From an uncultured Rivularia sp. (lineage in GTDB: Bacteria; Cyanobacteriota; Cyanobacteriia; Cyanobacteriales; Nostocaceae): a stretch of DNA of 64,000 bases. Shown one piece after another: positions 20,002 through 30,577 of the stretch. The DNA is taken from contig OY762007.1 in NCBI GenBank assembly GCA_963665115.1, positions 6,208,001 through 6,272,000 of the forward strand, given 5' to 3'. The translations under genes were made by a program, and so were the position numbers. Below the pieces are notes generated by a model. The model ran no database searches and was not told the DNA's origin. It worked only from the letters and a program-made list of their open reading frames with translations. Every line of letters begins with the position of its first letter. Within the stretch, counting starts at the first letter, position 1.

Positions 20002-20676
20002 ATGGAAATTAGTCCAGACAATATTATTTATTGGCAATCTGGTGCAATTACTTTAAATGCCACTATTGTTTTTACTTGGGTCGTAATGGCATTTTTGGTA
20101 ATAGTTTCTTGGTTGGTAACTCGTAATTTATCACCACAAACAAAAATATCCCGATGGCAAAGTTTACTAGAAATAATTGTTGAAGGAATTGCCAATCAAA
20201 TTCATGAAGTCAGTCAACAACAAGCCACAAAATACATCGGTTTTATTGGCACTTTATTTCTATTTATTGCTGTTTCAAATACTCTAGCAATTGTACCCGG
20301 ATATCAGCCACCAACAGGTTCGCTTTCCACAACAACGGCTTTGGCTTTATGTGTATTTGTAGCCGTACCGTTATTTGGTTTTATGAAACGTGGCTTTTTT
20401 GGCTATTTAAGAAATTATATTCAACCGACGATATTTATGTTGCCATTTAATATTATCGGTGAATTTTCTCGCACTTTAGCATTAGCGGTGAGATTATTCG
20501 GCAACATTATGAGCGGTACCATGCTTGTAGCCATTCTTTTATCGCTTGTGCCATTGTTTTTCCCAATTGTCATGCAAGCATTGGGATTAGTATTCGGACT
20601 AATTCAAGCATACGTTTTCGCAATGTTAGCAATGGTATATATTGCTTCGGCTACGAGTACTCAAAAACAAAATTAG
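20002..20676 (+). CDS. atpB: N-ATPase subunit a
   Basis: PPTGSLSTT, SRTLALAVRLFGNIMSG, IQAYVFAML; likely ATG at 20002. Confidence 0.95.
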   Translation: MEISPDNIIYWQSGAITLNATIVFTWVVMAFLVIVSWLVTRNLSPQTKISRWQSLLEIIVEGIANQIHEVSQQQATKYIGFIGTLFLFIAVSNTLAIVPGYQPPTGSLSTTTALALCVFVAVPLFGFMKRGFFGYLRNYIQPTIFMLPFNIIGEFSRTLALAVRLFGNIMSGTMLVAILLSLVPLFFPIVMQALGLVFGLIQAYVFAMLAMVYIASATSTQKQN

Positions 20677-20782
20677 TAATTGTTATTTGTTGGTTGTTAG
20701 TTATTAATTGTTTAAGCAACTAACCACTAACTAATAACTACTAACTACTAACCACTAACCACTAACCACTAACTACTAAACT

Positions 20783-21052
20783 ATGGATAATCTTGGTTTA
20801 ATTGGTATGGCATCGATTGTAACTGCTGGGTTAACAATCGCGATTGGTTCGATTGCTCCTGCTTTAGGTGAAGGGATAGCTGTTGCTCGTGCTTTAGGTG
20901 CGATCGCCCAACAGCCGGATAAGGCGAATGTCATTACCCGCACGCTTTTCGTCGGTTTAGCAATGATTGAGTCTACTGCTATTTACTGCTTTGTGGTGAC
21001 TATGATTTTGTTATTCGTAAATCCATTTTGGGAACATTTTAAAGGAGGCTAA
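20783..21052 (+). CDS. atpE: N-ATPase subunit c with Na+-type signature
   Basis: PALGEG (extra Glu in helix 1), AQQP, MIESTAIY. Confidence 0.95.
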   Translation: MDNLGLIGMASIVTAGLTIAIGSIAPALGEGIAVARALGAIAQQPDKANVITRTLFVGLAMIESTAIYCFVVTMILLFVNPFWEHFKGG

Positions 21053-21055
21053 ACC

Positions 21056-21838
21056 GTGCTAATAAATTGGTTTACGGTTATCGCTCAAATTCTTAACTTC
21101 CTAGTTCTGGTTTTCTTACTTCAGCGCTTTTTATATAAACCCATAATGCAAACAATCAAAAAACGACAAACAATGATTGATGCAAAATGGGAAGATGCTG
21201 AAATTGCTCAACAAGAAGCCCAACGGGAAGCTGATACTTATCGTCAACAGCAACAAAAATTACAGCAGCAAAAAGAAACGGTAACAGCAAAAATGCTCTC
21301 AAAAGTTGAGCAAGAACATCAACAACTTTTAATTAAAGCACGTCGAGAAGTAGAAGAAATGCAGAAAAAATGGTTTGAAGCACTATTACAAGAAAAAACT
21401 GATTTTGTTAGTTCCTTACGACAACAAATAGCAGAACAAACTAATCTAGTTGTACGTAAAGCTTTGCAAGATTTAGCAAATGCGGATTTAGAACAGCAAA
21501 TAATTTCTAGTTTCACTCAACGCTTACAAAATATTGATGAAAATCAAAGACAAATTATTGCTCAATCTTTTAAAGATACTCATCAACCAATAATTATTAA
21601 AAGCAGTTTTGAAATATCACCAGAAAATCGCCAAAAAATCATCCAAGCTTTGCAAATTCAAATTATCAACAATCATCCTTTAGAATTTCAAACTTCACCC
21701 GATTTAGTTTGCGGTATTCAAATCAAACTCGCCGGATACGTAATTTCATGGAATATAGATGATTATTTACAGACATTAGAATCAATGAACAATTATCAAT
21801 TATCAATGAACAATGAACAGTTAGGAATGAATAGTTAG
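21056..21838 (+). CDS. atpF: N-ATPase subunit b with fused delta-like domain
   Basis: MLINWFTVIAQILNFLVL...YKPI, coiled coil, C-terminal PDLVCGIQI...ISWNIDDYL. Confidence 0.9.
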   Translation: MLINWFTVIAQILNFLVLVFLLQRFLYKPIMQTIKKRQTMIDAKWEDAEIAQQEAQREADTYRQQQQKLQQQKETVTAKMLSKVEQEHQQLLIKARREVEEMQKKWFEALLQEKTDFVSSLRQQIAEQTNLVVRKALQDLANADLEQQIISSFTQRLQNIDENQRQIIAQSFKDTHQPIIIKSSFEISPENRQKIIQALQIQIINNHPLEFQTSPDLVCGIQIKLAGYVISWNIDDYLQTLESMNNYQLSMNNEQLGMNS

Positions 21839-21994
21839 GAGTTAGGCAACGGATGGAGTTGGGCAACGGATAAAGTTAGGAATCAATAACTAATAGTTTA
21901 AATTTCTCCTTGTCTCCCCATCTCCCCATCTCCCCATCTCCCAATTCCCCATCCCCCATGCCCCATGCCCCATGCCCAATCCCCAATCCCCATC

Positions 21995-23515
21995 ATGATA
22001 TTACAATCACTCATAGAAGATACATTTTCAACTTTTGAACAGGTATTAAATAATTACCATGCACAAATAAATATCCGGGAAATTGGTACGGTAAAATCAG
22101 TAGCACGGAGTATTGCTCGCGTATCTGGTTTACCCAGTGTTAAAGCGGATGAATTGCTTTATTTCCCGTCATCTAATACCAAATCACCTTTATTAGGAAT
22201 TGCCTTTAATCTCGACAAAAATGAAATTGGGGTAATTCTATTAGGAGCAAGTGAGCATCTACAGGCAGGTGATGAAGTTTACCGAACAGGGAGAGTCATG
22301 GATGTGCCCGTAGGAGAGGCACTTCTGGGTAGAGTTGTGGATGTCATGGGTAATGTTTTAGATGAGGGGGGAAGTATTGAAATTACCAAACGTCTTCCTG
22401 TGGAACGGGAAGCTCCACCAATTATGAATCGCGCTCCAGTAACTCAACCTTTGCAAACTGGATTGAAAGTAGTAGATGCTTTGATCCCTATCGGTAGGGG
22501 ACAGCGAGAATTAATTGTGGGTGATAGACAAACCGGAAAAACGGCGATCGCCCTCGACACGATTATCAACCAAAAAGATAAAAACGTTATCTGCGTTTAT
22601 TGTGCAATCGGGCAGCGTGCCTCAGCGGTAGCGAAAGTAATTGAAACTCTGCGACAACAGGGAGCAATGGAATACACGGTTGTTGTAGTCGCTTCCGGAC
22701 AAGATTCTCCAGGATTGCAATATATTACTCCCTACGGAGCCACGACGATGGCTGAATATTTCATGGAGCAAGGACACGATGTATTAATTATCTATGATGA
22801 TTTTACCCATCATGCCAGGGCTTATCGAGAACTATCGCTGTTGCTGCGTCGTCCACCCGGTAGAGAAGCTTATCCGGGAGATATTTTTTATATTCATTCG
22901 CGGTTGTTGGAGCGCTCAACCCATCTGAGCGATAAATATGGGGGTGGTTCATTAACAGCATTACCAATAGTAGAAACACAAGCTCAGAATATTTCGGCTT
23001 ACATTCCTACCAACTTAATTTCTATTACAGACGGTCAAATATATCTGTCTCCAGACTTATTTCAAAAAGCTATTTTCCCTGCTATTGATGTAGGTAAGTC
23101 TGTTTCTAGAGTCGGCGGTAAAACTCAATTAAATGCTTACCGTGCTGTCGCTGGAGATTTACGACTTTCCTATTCTCAATTCCAAGAAGTAGAAGTTTTC
23201 GCTCGTTTTGGTACGCAACTTGACGAACAAACCAAAAAAACTCTAATTAGAGGACAAAGAGTCCGAGAAATACTCAAACAATCACAGTCTCAACCATTAT
23301 CAGCAGCCGAACAAATAGCGGTACTTTTAGCGGTAACTAATGGTGTTTTTGACTCAATAGCTCTAAAAAAGATTGACGAAATAAGTACAGCATTGTGTCA
23401 AAAAGTGAGGAGAGACTTATCATCTGTTTGTAAAAGTATTGAAACGGGTGAAAAATTAACAGACGAAGAATATCAAGCCATTTTGAAAATAGCCAGACAA
23501 GTAATTAAGGAGTAA
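21995..23515 (+). CDS. atpA: N-ATPase alpha subunit
   Basis: [43 protein letters not shown]; start moved past the STRR tract. Confidence 0.96.
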   Translation: MILQSLIEDTFSTFEQVLNNYHAQINIREIGTVKSVARSIARVSGLPSVKADELLYFPSSNTKSPLLGIAFNLDKNEIGVILLGASEHLQAGDEVYRTGRVMDVPVGEALLGRVVDVMGNVLDEGGSIEITKRLPVEREAPPIMNRAPVTQPLQTGLKVVDALIPIGRGQRELIVGDRQTGKTAIALDTIINQKDKNVICVYCAIGQRASAVAKVIETLRQQGAMEYTVVVVASGQDSPGLQYITPYGATTMAEYFMEQGHDVLIIYDDFTHHARAYRELSLLLRRPPGREAYPGDIFYIHSRLLERSTHLSDKYGGGSLTALPIVETQAQNISAYIPTNLISITDGQIYLSPDLFQKAIFPAIDVGKSVSRVGGKTQLNAYRAVAGDLRLSYSQFQEVEVFARFGTQLDEQTKKTLIRGQRVREILKQSQSQPLSAAEQIAVLLAVTNGVFDSIALKKIDEISTALCQKVRRDLSSVCKSIETGEKLTDEEYQAILKIARQVIKE

Positions 23516-23523
23516 AAGTTGTC

Positions 23524-23784
23524 ATGCATCTTCCTGTTTTAGAAAATCTACCCCTTTTAAAAAATTTGCCTTTTATAAACAACTCAAATACACCTTACTG
23601 GGTAAAAATTAGAACGGCTCAACCCAAATGTATTTATTACTTCGGTCCCTTTGATAATCCTCAAGAAGCTAAACTAAATAAAAATGGTTATATTGAAGAT
23701 TTAATTGAAGAACAAGCTTCGGGAATCTATGTTGAAATCAAGAAAAGTAAACCCAAAATTTTGACTGTCTACGAAGAAGAATAA
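23524..23784 (+). CDS. DUF1816-family protein
   Basis: YWVKIRTAQPKCIYYFGPF...GYIEDLIEEQA.GI. Confidence 0.85.
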   Translation: MHLPVLENLPLLKNLPFINNSNTPYWVKIRTAQPKCIYYFGPFDNPQEAKLNKNGYIEDLIEEQASGIYVEIKKSKPKILTVYEEE

Positions 23785-23806
23785 TTTGATAACAGTTAAA
23801 AATAAT

Positions 23807-23833
23807 GTAGAGACGTAGCAATGCTACGTCTCT
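23807..23833. repeat. REP-like palindrome GTAGAGACG..CGTCTCT
   Basis: AGAGACGTAGCAATGCTACGTCTCT; related copies at 14172-14196, 30789-30813, 32795-32824 and 50507-50537. Confidence 0.75.
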
Positions 23834-23892
23834 TTATGATGTAATTCACGCACTAGATAACCTAATAAACGCACCCGATAACTGAAACTTTT

Positions 23893-24306
23893 TTAAGCCG
23901 ATTGATGGAAGAAGCACATTATATCTTTAATTTGGAAATCGTCAAAGATATTACCAGGTGTGGAACCAGGAAAACCAACTGCTTCTATCTGAACTTCATT
24001 GTTACCGTTTTTAAGATCGGAACCATTAAATGCCACCATTTGGGTATACCAATATTTAGCATTTTCGTTCTTATCAGCAGTATTCAAACCACCGTAACGG
24101 GATATCTTACCAACAACTCTGTTATTCAATTTGACGTTGACATCAACGTTGGTGTAAGTCAAACCTCTAACGTTAAAGATAAAGAACCCTGGAGAACCTG
24201 CGCGGCGACCTCCTGTATTAAATGTTTTTTCCCATACGGGTCTACCGTCCCCAATAGTTACAGGTGCATCTCCTACAACTTGAGTAAAATCACATAGTAC
24301 CGGCAT
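23893..24306 (-). CDS. Hypothetical beta-rich protein
   Basis: 137-aa ORF with AGGAG RBS; box 7 upstream. Confidence 0.75.
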   Translation of the reverse strand: MPVLCDFTQVVGDAPVTIGDGRPVWEKTFNTGGRRAGSPGFFIFNVRGLTYTNVDVNVKLNNRVVGKISRYGGLNTADKNENAKYWYTQMVAFNGSDLKNGNNEVQIEAVGFPGSTPGNIFDDFQIKDIMCFFHQSA

Positions 24307-24453
24307 ATTTCAAACTCCTTGTTTATATTGATATAACTGTGTTTAGGCAAGAAAGTTTTATTTATCAGTTCTTTTGATTATAGAAACAACTATTTTCAAT
24401 AAAACAATGTCTGTTTACAGTTATTTTTCTATGCTTTTAGGTTAAAAAATCAA

Positions 24454-24471
24454 TGTGAGAAAGTTGTGAGG
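24454..24471 (-). promoter_or_regulatory. Direct-repeat box 7
   Basis: CCTCACAACTTTCTCACA-N9-TAACCT on the minus strand. Confidence 0.8.
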
Positions 24472-24899
24472 AAAATATTCTCTTGTTAAAAATAATGCTT
24501 TGAGTATGGTAATTTATAATTCATTTATATAGCGCTTTTCTGATTGATAATCTTAACAATTAGGAATAGACTTTTTTTTGTATTTAGATATGATTCAAAA
24601 TAATAATTATAAGCATCCTTGCGTCTTTCGAGAGGGTAGTAGGTATAGTCTAATACTTTAAGTGTTGAATTGCCCCTAAGTTCCTCTGATTTATAGAAGC
24701 ATTACCACTATCGGATTGGAGAAAGCGACTTTCTGCTTGCTAATACGTAGAAATTGACTTTTAAGCGATGGAAAGCGATCTCAGACAGCTTCAATAATTA
24801 GCCCGATGGAAACTTATCTAAGTGGTAATTGCGATGAAAGTACCTGCTCAAAATTACACCAATTCCTTACAAGAAAAACCTCAAGATCAGTCCCTTGCT

Positions 24900-25429
24900 G
24901 ATTTCACTTCTTTAGAAAAAATTATCGACTCTAACCCTTTGATTGTGACTCCTTCTATGCAACTTGCAGAAGTCATTCACCTCATGAGTCAGCATTAGGT
25001 TACTAGTTGTCAGATGTCAGAAACTGATAGAAACGATAATAATAGCTTACTAAGTTCATCTTCTGTAAGCTGCGTGTTGATGACGAAGCCGTAATTCGCG
25101 ACGTTACCAAGATATCCTTAGAAAAGTATGGTTATCGAGTATTAACTGCTGTTGATGGAATTGATGCAGTTGCTATATACGCCCAAAATATTAAAGAAAT
25201 TAAACTTGTTTTAACAGATGTAACCATGCCATTGATGGATGGTGCAAAAGCTATTAAAACCTTGAAAAAATTGAATCCCAAAATAGAAATTATTGCCATG
25301 AGTGGCTCTATATCCAATAATAGAGAAGTTGCAGAAAATATTCCTAGTGAAGTGTTTTTGCATAAACCCTACACCACAGAATAATTATTGAAAAGAATCC
25401 ATGATGTTTTGAATGCATCTGAAGAATAG
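24900..25429 (+). pseudogene. Collapsed remnant of a CBS-domain hybrid histidine kinase (paralog of 34982..38293)
   Basis: LEKIIDSNPLIVTPSMQLAEVIHLMSQH* (TAG 24996-24998) is joined near 25080 to the REC domain VDDEAVIRDVTKISLEKYGYRVLTAVDGIDA...DVTMPLMDG...KPYTTE*LLKRIHDVL. Confidence 0.85.
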
Positions 25430-25849
25430 GGGATGGGGCATTGGGCATTGGGCATGGAGGAATTTATAATCAAAAGAATATTTGAATTAAATTAATAAGA
25501 AAAATAAGTGCAAAGAATATATTGCTAGAATCGCGATTAATCCCCGCCAAGGCATTAAAAAAATAATATTCTTCACACTTATAGGAATGGAAGGAACTCG
25601 TAAAAGCAGTATACACAAGCTAAGTTCAGCCCAGATAGAAGCTTAAGAAACTAAGAGATTATTGCTCTTTTAATTACACTCTGTATGTGAACTTATAAAG
25701 ACTAGAATTGACATAAGAGCGTAAAGCATATTTCCGCAAACTAATATCGCTAAGAATAGCAAGATTATCTTATTATTAATAGAGATAGCAGCGTTTCAAG
25801 AACAACGTAAAAACTTCTTAATTGCTATAAATCGAAACTACTTCATAAA

Positions 25850-25867
25850 TATGAGGAAGTTGTGAGG
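25850..25867 (-). promoter_or_regulatory. Direct-repeat box 8 (orphan, points away from atpG)
   Basis: CCTCACAACTTCCTCATA-N9-TAGTTT on the minus strand. Confidence 0.75.
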
Positions 25868-25943
25868 GAAACCAGAAATTTGAAAAAAATCGAATCAAAT
25901 TTCAAATTAATTATTTCTACGAAACAATTAACAAAAATCAATT

Positions 25944-26849
25944 ATGAAAAGTTTAGAAGCATTAACAGCAGAAATTGAGAGTATCAATGACTTGCAATCT
26001 GTTGTCAAAACAATGAAAGCATTGGCAATGGTAAGTATTCGTCAATATGAAACAGCAGTAACAGCTCTGAGTGATTATAACCGTACTGTTGAGATGGGGT
26101 TACAGATTTTGCTTCGCCATCGGTACTTTAGCGAACAACCCCTAATGCTACCGCAAGATTTTACCAATCATAAAAAAACTGGCACTTTGGGTGTAATTAT
26201 ATTTGGTTCAGACCACGGTTTATGCGGTCAGTTTAACGAGCAGATTGCAACAATCGCTCTCGAACAAATTAACCAGCAACCACACAAACCAGAAAATGTG
26301 ATTGTTGCAGCAGTTGGCGATCGCCTAATTCCCTACTTAGAAGCAGCAAAACAACCAGTGTCGGCTCAATTCCCTCTACCCAACTCCGTAACCCTTATAA
26401 CACAAGCAGTACAGTCGATACTACTAACCATTGAAAATTGGCAATCTTCACAAGTTGACCAAATAATTCTTTTTTACAATAAATCTTTATCTAGCGCATC
26501 ATACCGTCCGCAAAGCGTGCAGCTTCTACCCATGAATGCTGAATGGTTGCAGCGCTTAGAAAAACAAGCATGGCATGGAGAAGGGCTACCAAACTTTACA
26601 ATGAATTGGGATGATTTATTTTCAGCCTTAGTTCGTCAATATCTTTTTGTATCGCTGTACCAAGCATTTGCAGAATCCCTCAAAAGTGAAAATAACAGTC
26701 GTCTTTCCTCAATGCAAGCCGCACAAAAAAATATAGAAGAACGTTTAACCGAATTAAACTCACAACATCGTCATCAACGACAAAGTTCCATCACTTCGGA
26801 ACTTCTTGATATTGTCTCCGGTTTTGAAGCATTGAATTCGAGGGAATAG
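25944..26849 (+). CDS. atpG: N-ATPase gamma subunit
   Basis: DLQSVVKTMKALA, GSDHGLCGQFNE, SENNSRLSSMQAA, RQSSITSELLDIVSG. Confidence 0.95.
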   Translation: MKSLEALTAEIESINDLQSVVKTMKALAMVSIRQYETAVTALSDYNRTVEMGLQILLRHRYFSEQPLMLPQDFTNHKKTGTLGVIIFGSDHGLCGQFNEQIATIALEQINQQPHKPENVIVAAVGDRLIPYLEAAKQPVSAQFPLPNSVTLITQAVQSILLTIENWQSSQVDQIILFYNKSLSSASYRPQSVQLLPMNAEWLQRLEKQAWHGEGLPNFTMNWDDLFSALVRQYLFVSLYQAFAESLKSENNSRLSSMQAAQKNIEERLTELNSQHRHQRQSSITSELLDIVSGFEALNSRE

Positions 26850-26965
26850 AGAGGGTAGAGGGGGGAGAGGGGGGAGAGTGGGTAGAAAAATTAATAACTC
26901 CTAACTCATAACTTCTCACTCCTAACTATTTACCATACCCTATGCCCAATGCCCAATTCCCACTT

Positions 26966-26983
26966 CTTCACAACTTCCTCAAA
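26966..26983 (+). promoter_or_regulatory. Direct-repeat box 9
   Basis: CTTCACAACTTCCTCAAA-N9-TAGCTT. Confidence 0.8.
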
Positions 26984-27041
26984 TTAATTGTTTAGCTTAG
27001 AAATAGAAAGACAATAATTGCTTTGGAGTTAGGGGGTTTTT

Positions 27042-27626
27042 ATGAAAACAACACGATGCCCTAAAGTGCTAATTTATGTATTCGCTTTTGCGTTATCCTT
27101 ACAACTTTTAACAGGTTGCAGTTCTTTCATTCGACCTTCAGAAAAGTTGTTTTTATCTTCTAATTCTATCGATGTAACCCCAAAAATATCAAAAGTACAT
27201 CAGAAATTTTCCGAAAATATAGCTCCGAATGAATGTCCGCAAAGGTTCTATGAAAATTACAATGATATAATCTACAACCTTGAAACTGTAGAAACAATTA
27301 AAGGGCAAGTTTTGAGTGTAAATTCTGTTGGTAATGGTATGAGTCTACAGGTAAAAACAGATGAAGAAACTATTCCCGTTCACTTAGCACCATCTTGGTA
27401 TATCGAAAATCAAGATATCGAAATCAATCCAAACGAAACCGTAGAAATAACAGGTTCGAGAATCAAATTTAATGAAGAAACTGCCATTCTTGCCGCTCAA
27501 ATAACCAAAGGAGATACAATATTTAAATTACGTGACGAAAATGGTTTTTCTCTATGGGGTGACAAAAGACAAGAAGAATCGGATTGGTTTTTAGATATGT
27601 TTCCTTATTTGTGTGATGGTGAATAA
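27042..27626 (+). CDS. Exported OB-fold-like protein, probable lipoprotein
   Basis: LLTGC lipobox; YN..TVETIKG.V...IPVHLAPSWYIENQ...LRDENG. Confidence 0.7.
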   Translation: MKTTRCPKVLIYVFAFALSLQLLTGCSSFIRPSEKLFLSSNSIDVTPKISKVHQKFSENIAPNECPQRFYENYNDIIYNLETVETIKGQVLSVNSVGNGMSLQVKTDEETIPVHLAPSWYIENQDIEINPNETVEITGSRIKFNEETAILAAQITKGDTIFKLRDENGFSLWGDKRQEESDWFLDMFPYLCDGE

Positions 27627-27709
27627 AGGGAATATCATTTCATCAGTTTCCTAATCTTAATTATCCGATTTATTAGGCTTTATAAAATACTTTTTGGCGG
27701 AGGAGGGCT

Positions 27710-28306
27710 TTGGAAATGACAGTTACGATTTGCCCTAAATCATTGATTTTTGTGAATGCTTTATTTGCTTTAACTGCAATTAGTTTAATTAGTTATCAAA
27801 CACCCATAAACTTTCTAAATAAACAAGCATTCTTTCTAGACAATAATTTCTTGAATAAAACACCAGTTCAAGAGCAATTACACAACCAGCCAACTTCAGA
27901 CAAAATGACTCAATGTAGAGATTCTGGACAAGGCGGTGGTGGATGGGGATATGGAAATCGCTACGGTGGAATGTACAATACCAAAACCGTGGAAACTATC
28001 AAGGGAAAAGTAGTAAGTGTAGATGCATTTATCCCAAGACGAGGAATGTCTCACGGTGTACATTTACAGGTAGAAACACAAAAAGGTACGATTCCCATTC
28101 ACTTAGGACCAGCTTGGTATATTGAAAACCAAGAAATTACCATTAAACCAGAAGACAAAGTGGAAATTAAAGGTTCCAAAATCAACTTTGCTGGAGAACC
28201 CGTTATTATCGCAGCTGAAGTTAAAAAAGGAAATATGACTTTAGTGTTGCGTTCGGAAGATGGTTTTCCCGTATGGAGTGGTTGGAGAAGAAATCGATTT
28301 AATTAA
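27710..28306 (+). CDS. Exported OB-fold-like protein, tandem paralog of the previous gene
   Basis: YNTKTVETIKGKV...IPIHLGPAWYIENQ...LRSEDGFPVW. Confidence 0.7.
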   Translation: MEMTVTICPKSLIFVNALFALTAISLISYQTPINFLNKQAFFLDNNFLNKTPVQEQLHNQPTSDKMTQCRDSGQGGGGWGYGNRYGGMYNTKTVETIKGKVVSVDAFIPRRGMSHGVHLQVETQKGTIPIHLGPAWYIENQEITIKPEDKVEIKGSKINFAGEPVIIAAEVKKGNMTLVLRSEDGFPVWSGWRRNRFN

Positions 28307-28357
28307 ATCTAACAAATGATGCTTTGTTTTCTAAAAATTCATTCAATTGGAGTAATC

Positions 28358-28942
28358 ATGGCTGCATCTGGATTCTTTCGTAAACTTCACCGTAAAACTG
28401 CTTTAATTATCTTCCTACCCTTATTAATTAGTGCTTTGACAGGAATCATTTACCGACTGGGAAAAAGTTGGTTTGGAATGTCAAATCAGGTAGGAAGTAT
28501 TTTTATGATGATTCATCAAGGAGAATATCTGGGAACTCCACTAGTACCAATTTATGTGCTTTTAGTTGGTTTGGGATTAGTGGGGATGATTGTTACTGGT
28601 TTGAGCATGAGTGGAATATTCAGTCAAAATCGTGCTTCTCAACCAAGAAAACTCAATGCTCGTAAAATTCACCGTATACTTGCACCTATTGTATTTTTAC
28701 CTTTAACAGTAAGTGCGGTAACGGGTGTAATTTACCGATTAGGAAAAAGCTGGTTTGGAATGTCCCCAGAAAATGCAGCAATTTTTATGAGAATTCATCA
28801 AGGAAGTTATCTGGGGAATTTCTTCAAGCCAATTTATGTTTTGTTGGTTGGTTTGGGATTAATTCTGATGTTGATTACAGGAATAAACCAAACAGGAATT
28901 TTTCGTCAGCGTCGTCACTCGCCACAAGACTCACGAAATTAA
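28358..28942 (+). CDS. PepSY-associated TM protein with internal duplication
   Basis: Two copies of RKLHR...TG.IYRLGKSWFGMS...IHQG.YLG...PIYVLLVGLGL. Confidence 0.8.
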   Translation: MAASGFFRKLHRKTALIIFLPLLISALTGIIYRLGKSWFGMSNQVGSIFMMIHQGEYLGTPLVPIYVLLVGLGLVGMIVTGLSMSGIFSQNRASQPRKLNARKIHRILAPIVFLPLTVSAVTGVIYRLGKSWFGMSPENAAIFMRIHQGSYLGNFFKPIYVLLVGLGLILMLITGINQTGIFRQRRHSPQDSRN

Positions 28943-29024
28943 ATATCACCAATAGTCATGCATTTTCATTCAATAAACGTCTCCTGTGCTTAATTTTTGC
29001 TTGCGGTTGCATAAGTCCTAATCT

Positions 29025-29627
29025 TCAAGATACTTCTGTCTTCGCTAATTGCCGCAATAATTTTTCTACTTCTTTCGGATTACGGATATTCATAAATCCT
29101 ATATCTTCTCTCCAATAATCACCATCATTGCCTCTACGTAAGCCAGTTGTAATAATAATATGACCAGTACCATTTCTTTTTTCCTTGCGATACAAATCCT
29201 TCAGTTGTAGTGGTGCATAGTTCCTGATGCTTACAAGTAGCCCGCTTTCAATTAAAATTGCTCTTTTATCAGTAATCAAGTATACCGTTCTAAATGCCTT
29301 GAACCATTCTCGTAATGGACCAAAAAGCATCCAAACTCCAATTAAAACGAAAGGTATTGCAAAAAGAAAAAATATATTCTCAAACTCAAATTTGATTCCT
29401 TCACTAAAGTCTGGAATTTTAAAATCTGCTGCATCATATATGAAATATATCGCAATGGCAGTAAATGGAATACCCATACAGAAATAGAGTAATGATTCAA
29501 GAGTGAAAAAGCCATGAAGAGGCTGCCCAACCCATACTACTGATTCTCCAATTTCAAGCTCTTTATCAATTGCTTTGCGGAGCTTTGCTGAGATTTTTGG
29601 CTTATTTAACATAGTTAATATCTCCAT
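29025..29627 (-). CDS. Two-TM protein with bacterial PH-like domain
   Basis: LEIGESVVWVGQP, two TMs, TVYLITDKRA. Confidence 0.7.
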   Translation of the reverse strand: MEILTMLNKPKISAKLRKAIDKELEIGESVVWVGQPLHGFFTLESLLYFCMGIPFTAIAIYFIYDAADFKIPDFSEGIKFEFENIFFLFAIPFVLIGVWMLFGPLREWFKAFRTVYLITDKRAILIESGLLVSIRNYAPLQLKDLYRKEKRNGTGHIIITTGLRRGNDGDYWREDIGFMNIRNPKEVEKLLRQLAKTEVS

Positions 29628-29689
29628 CTAACAAAAAGTAATTATCCGTGATTACGAATCAGCCGCTCATAGAAAATTGATAACCGTGC

Positions 29690-30577
29690 TTAATTATCAG
29701 ATAGTTTTGCTGTTATATTTTTAAGACTGTCTGTCATTTCTATGGGGAAAAGAATAACCGTATTTGAAGGGCTAGCACCAAGAGCATCAATTGTTTGCAG
29801 TCTCCTCAATTCCAAAGCTATTGGATGGCTTTTCATCACCATAGCAGCTTGCATTAAGTTCTCTGCTGCTAATTTGTCACCTTCGGCTTTAGTAATTGTT
29901 GCTCTCTTTTCTCGTTCCGCAGAAGCCTGTCGCGACATCATTCTTTTTAAATCTTCAGGTAATTCGATATCCTGCAAGCGAACCGAATCAAGATGTAAAC
30001 CCCATTCCTGGACTTTCTCCTCAACCGCTTCCAGAATTTGTGCTTGAATTCGCTCGCGCTCCGACAACAATTCATCTAATGTTAATCCACCGATAACATC
30101 TCTGAGTGCAGCTTGAGCATACTGAGAGATAGCAAACTGAAAATCTCGAATCGAAGTAACAGCCTTTTCTGAATCGCTGACTAGAAAAAATAAAGCACTA
30201 TCAATTTCTGCCGGAACATTGTCTCGGGTAATGACTTTTTGGTGAGGAATATTGATAACTAAAGTCCGCGTATCTATAAAACGCACTGTTTCAATTCCTG
30301 GAATCACGTAAAAAATTCCTGGTCCCTTAACACCAACAAATTTACCCAAACGAAGAGCAACTCCCCTTTCCCATTCTGCGGCAACACGTACACCGCTAAC
30401 AACAACAACCCAAGATCCACCAGCTACCGCAGCCGCAGCCTTTTTCTGAGGAGAACCGAGCATGGCGATCGCGGTTAATCCTAAAATGGGGATTAGAGTT
30501 AAAACACCTCGCAATCCCTTACCTAAAGAAATATGTCCTTCTGTAGGAGTTGCGTACAGTTTTGAAGAGTCCTGCAT
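29690..30577 (-). CDS. SPFH/stomatin (band 7) protein
   Basis: EWERGVALRLGK...GPG, ITRDNV, RQASAEREKRA; GGAGG RBS. Confidence 0.92.
   Translation of the reverse strand: MQDSSKLYATPTEGHISLGKGLRGVLTLIPILGLTAIAMLGSPQKKAAAAVAGGSWVVVVSGVRVAAEWERGVALRLGKFVGVKGPGIFYVIPGIETVRFIDTRTLVINIPHQKVITRDNVPAEIDSALFFLVSDSEKAVTSIRDFQFAISQYAQAALRDVIGGLTLDELLSERERIQAQILEAVEEKVQEWGLHLDSVRLQDIELPEDLKRMMSRQASAEREKRATITKAEGDKLAAENLMQAAMVMKSHPIALELRRLQTIDALGASPSNTVILFPIEMTDSLKNITAKLSDN

Noticed and set aside
25132..25317. 61-aa minus-strand ORF
   Set aside because: Antisense shadow of the REC pseudogene fragment.
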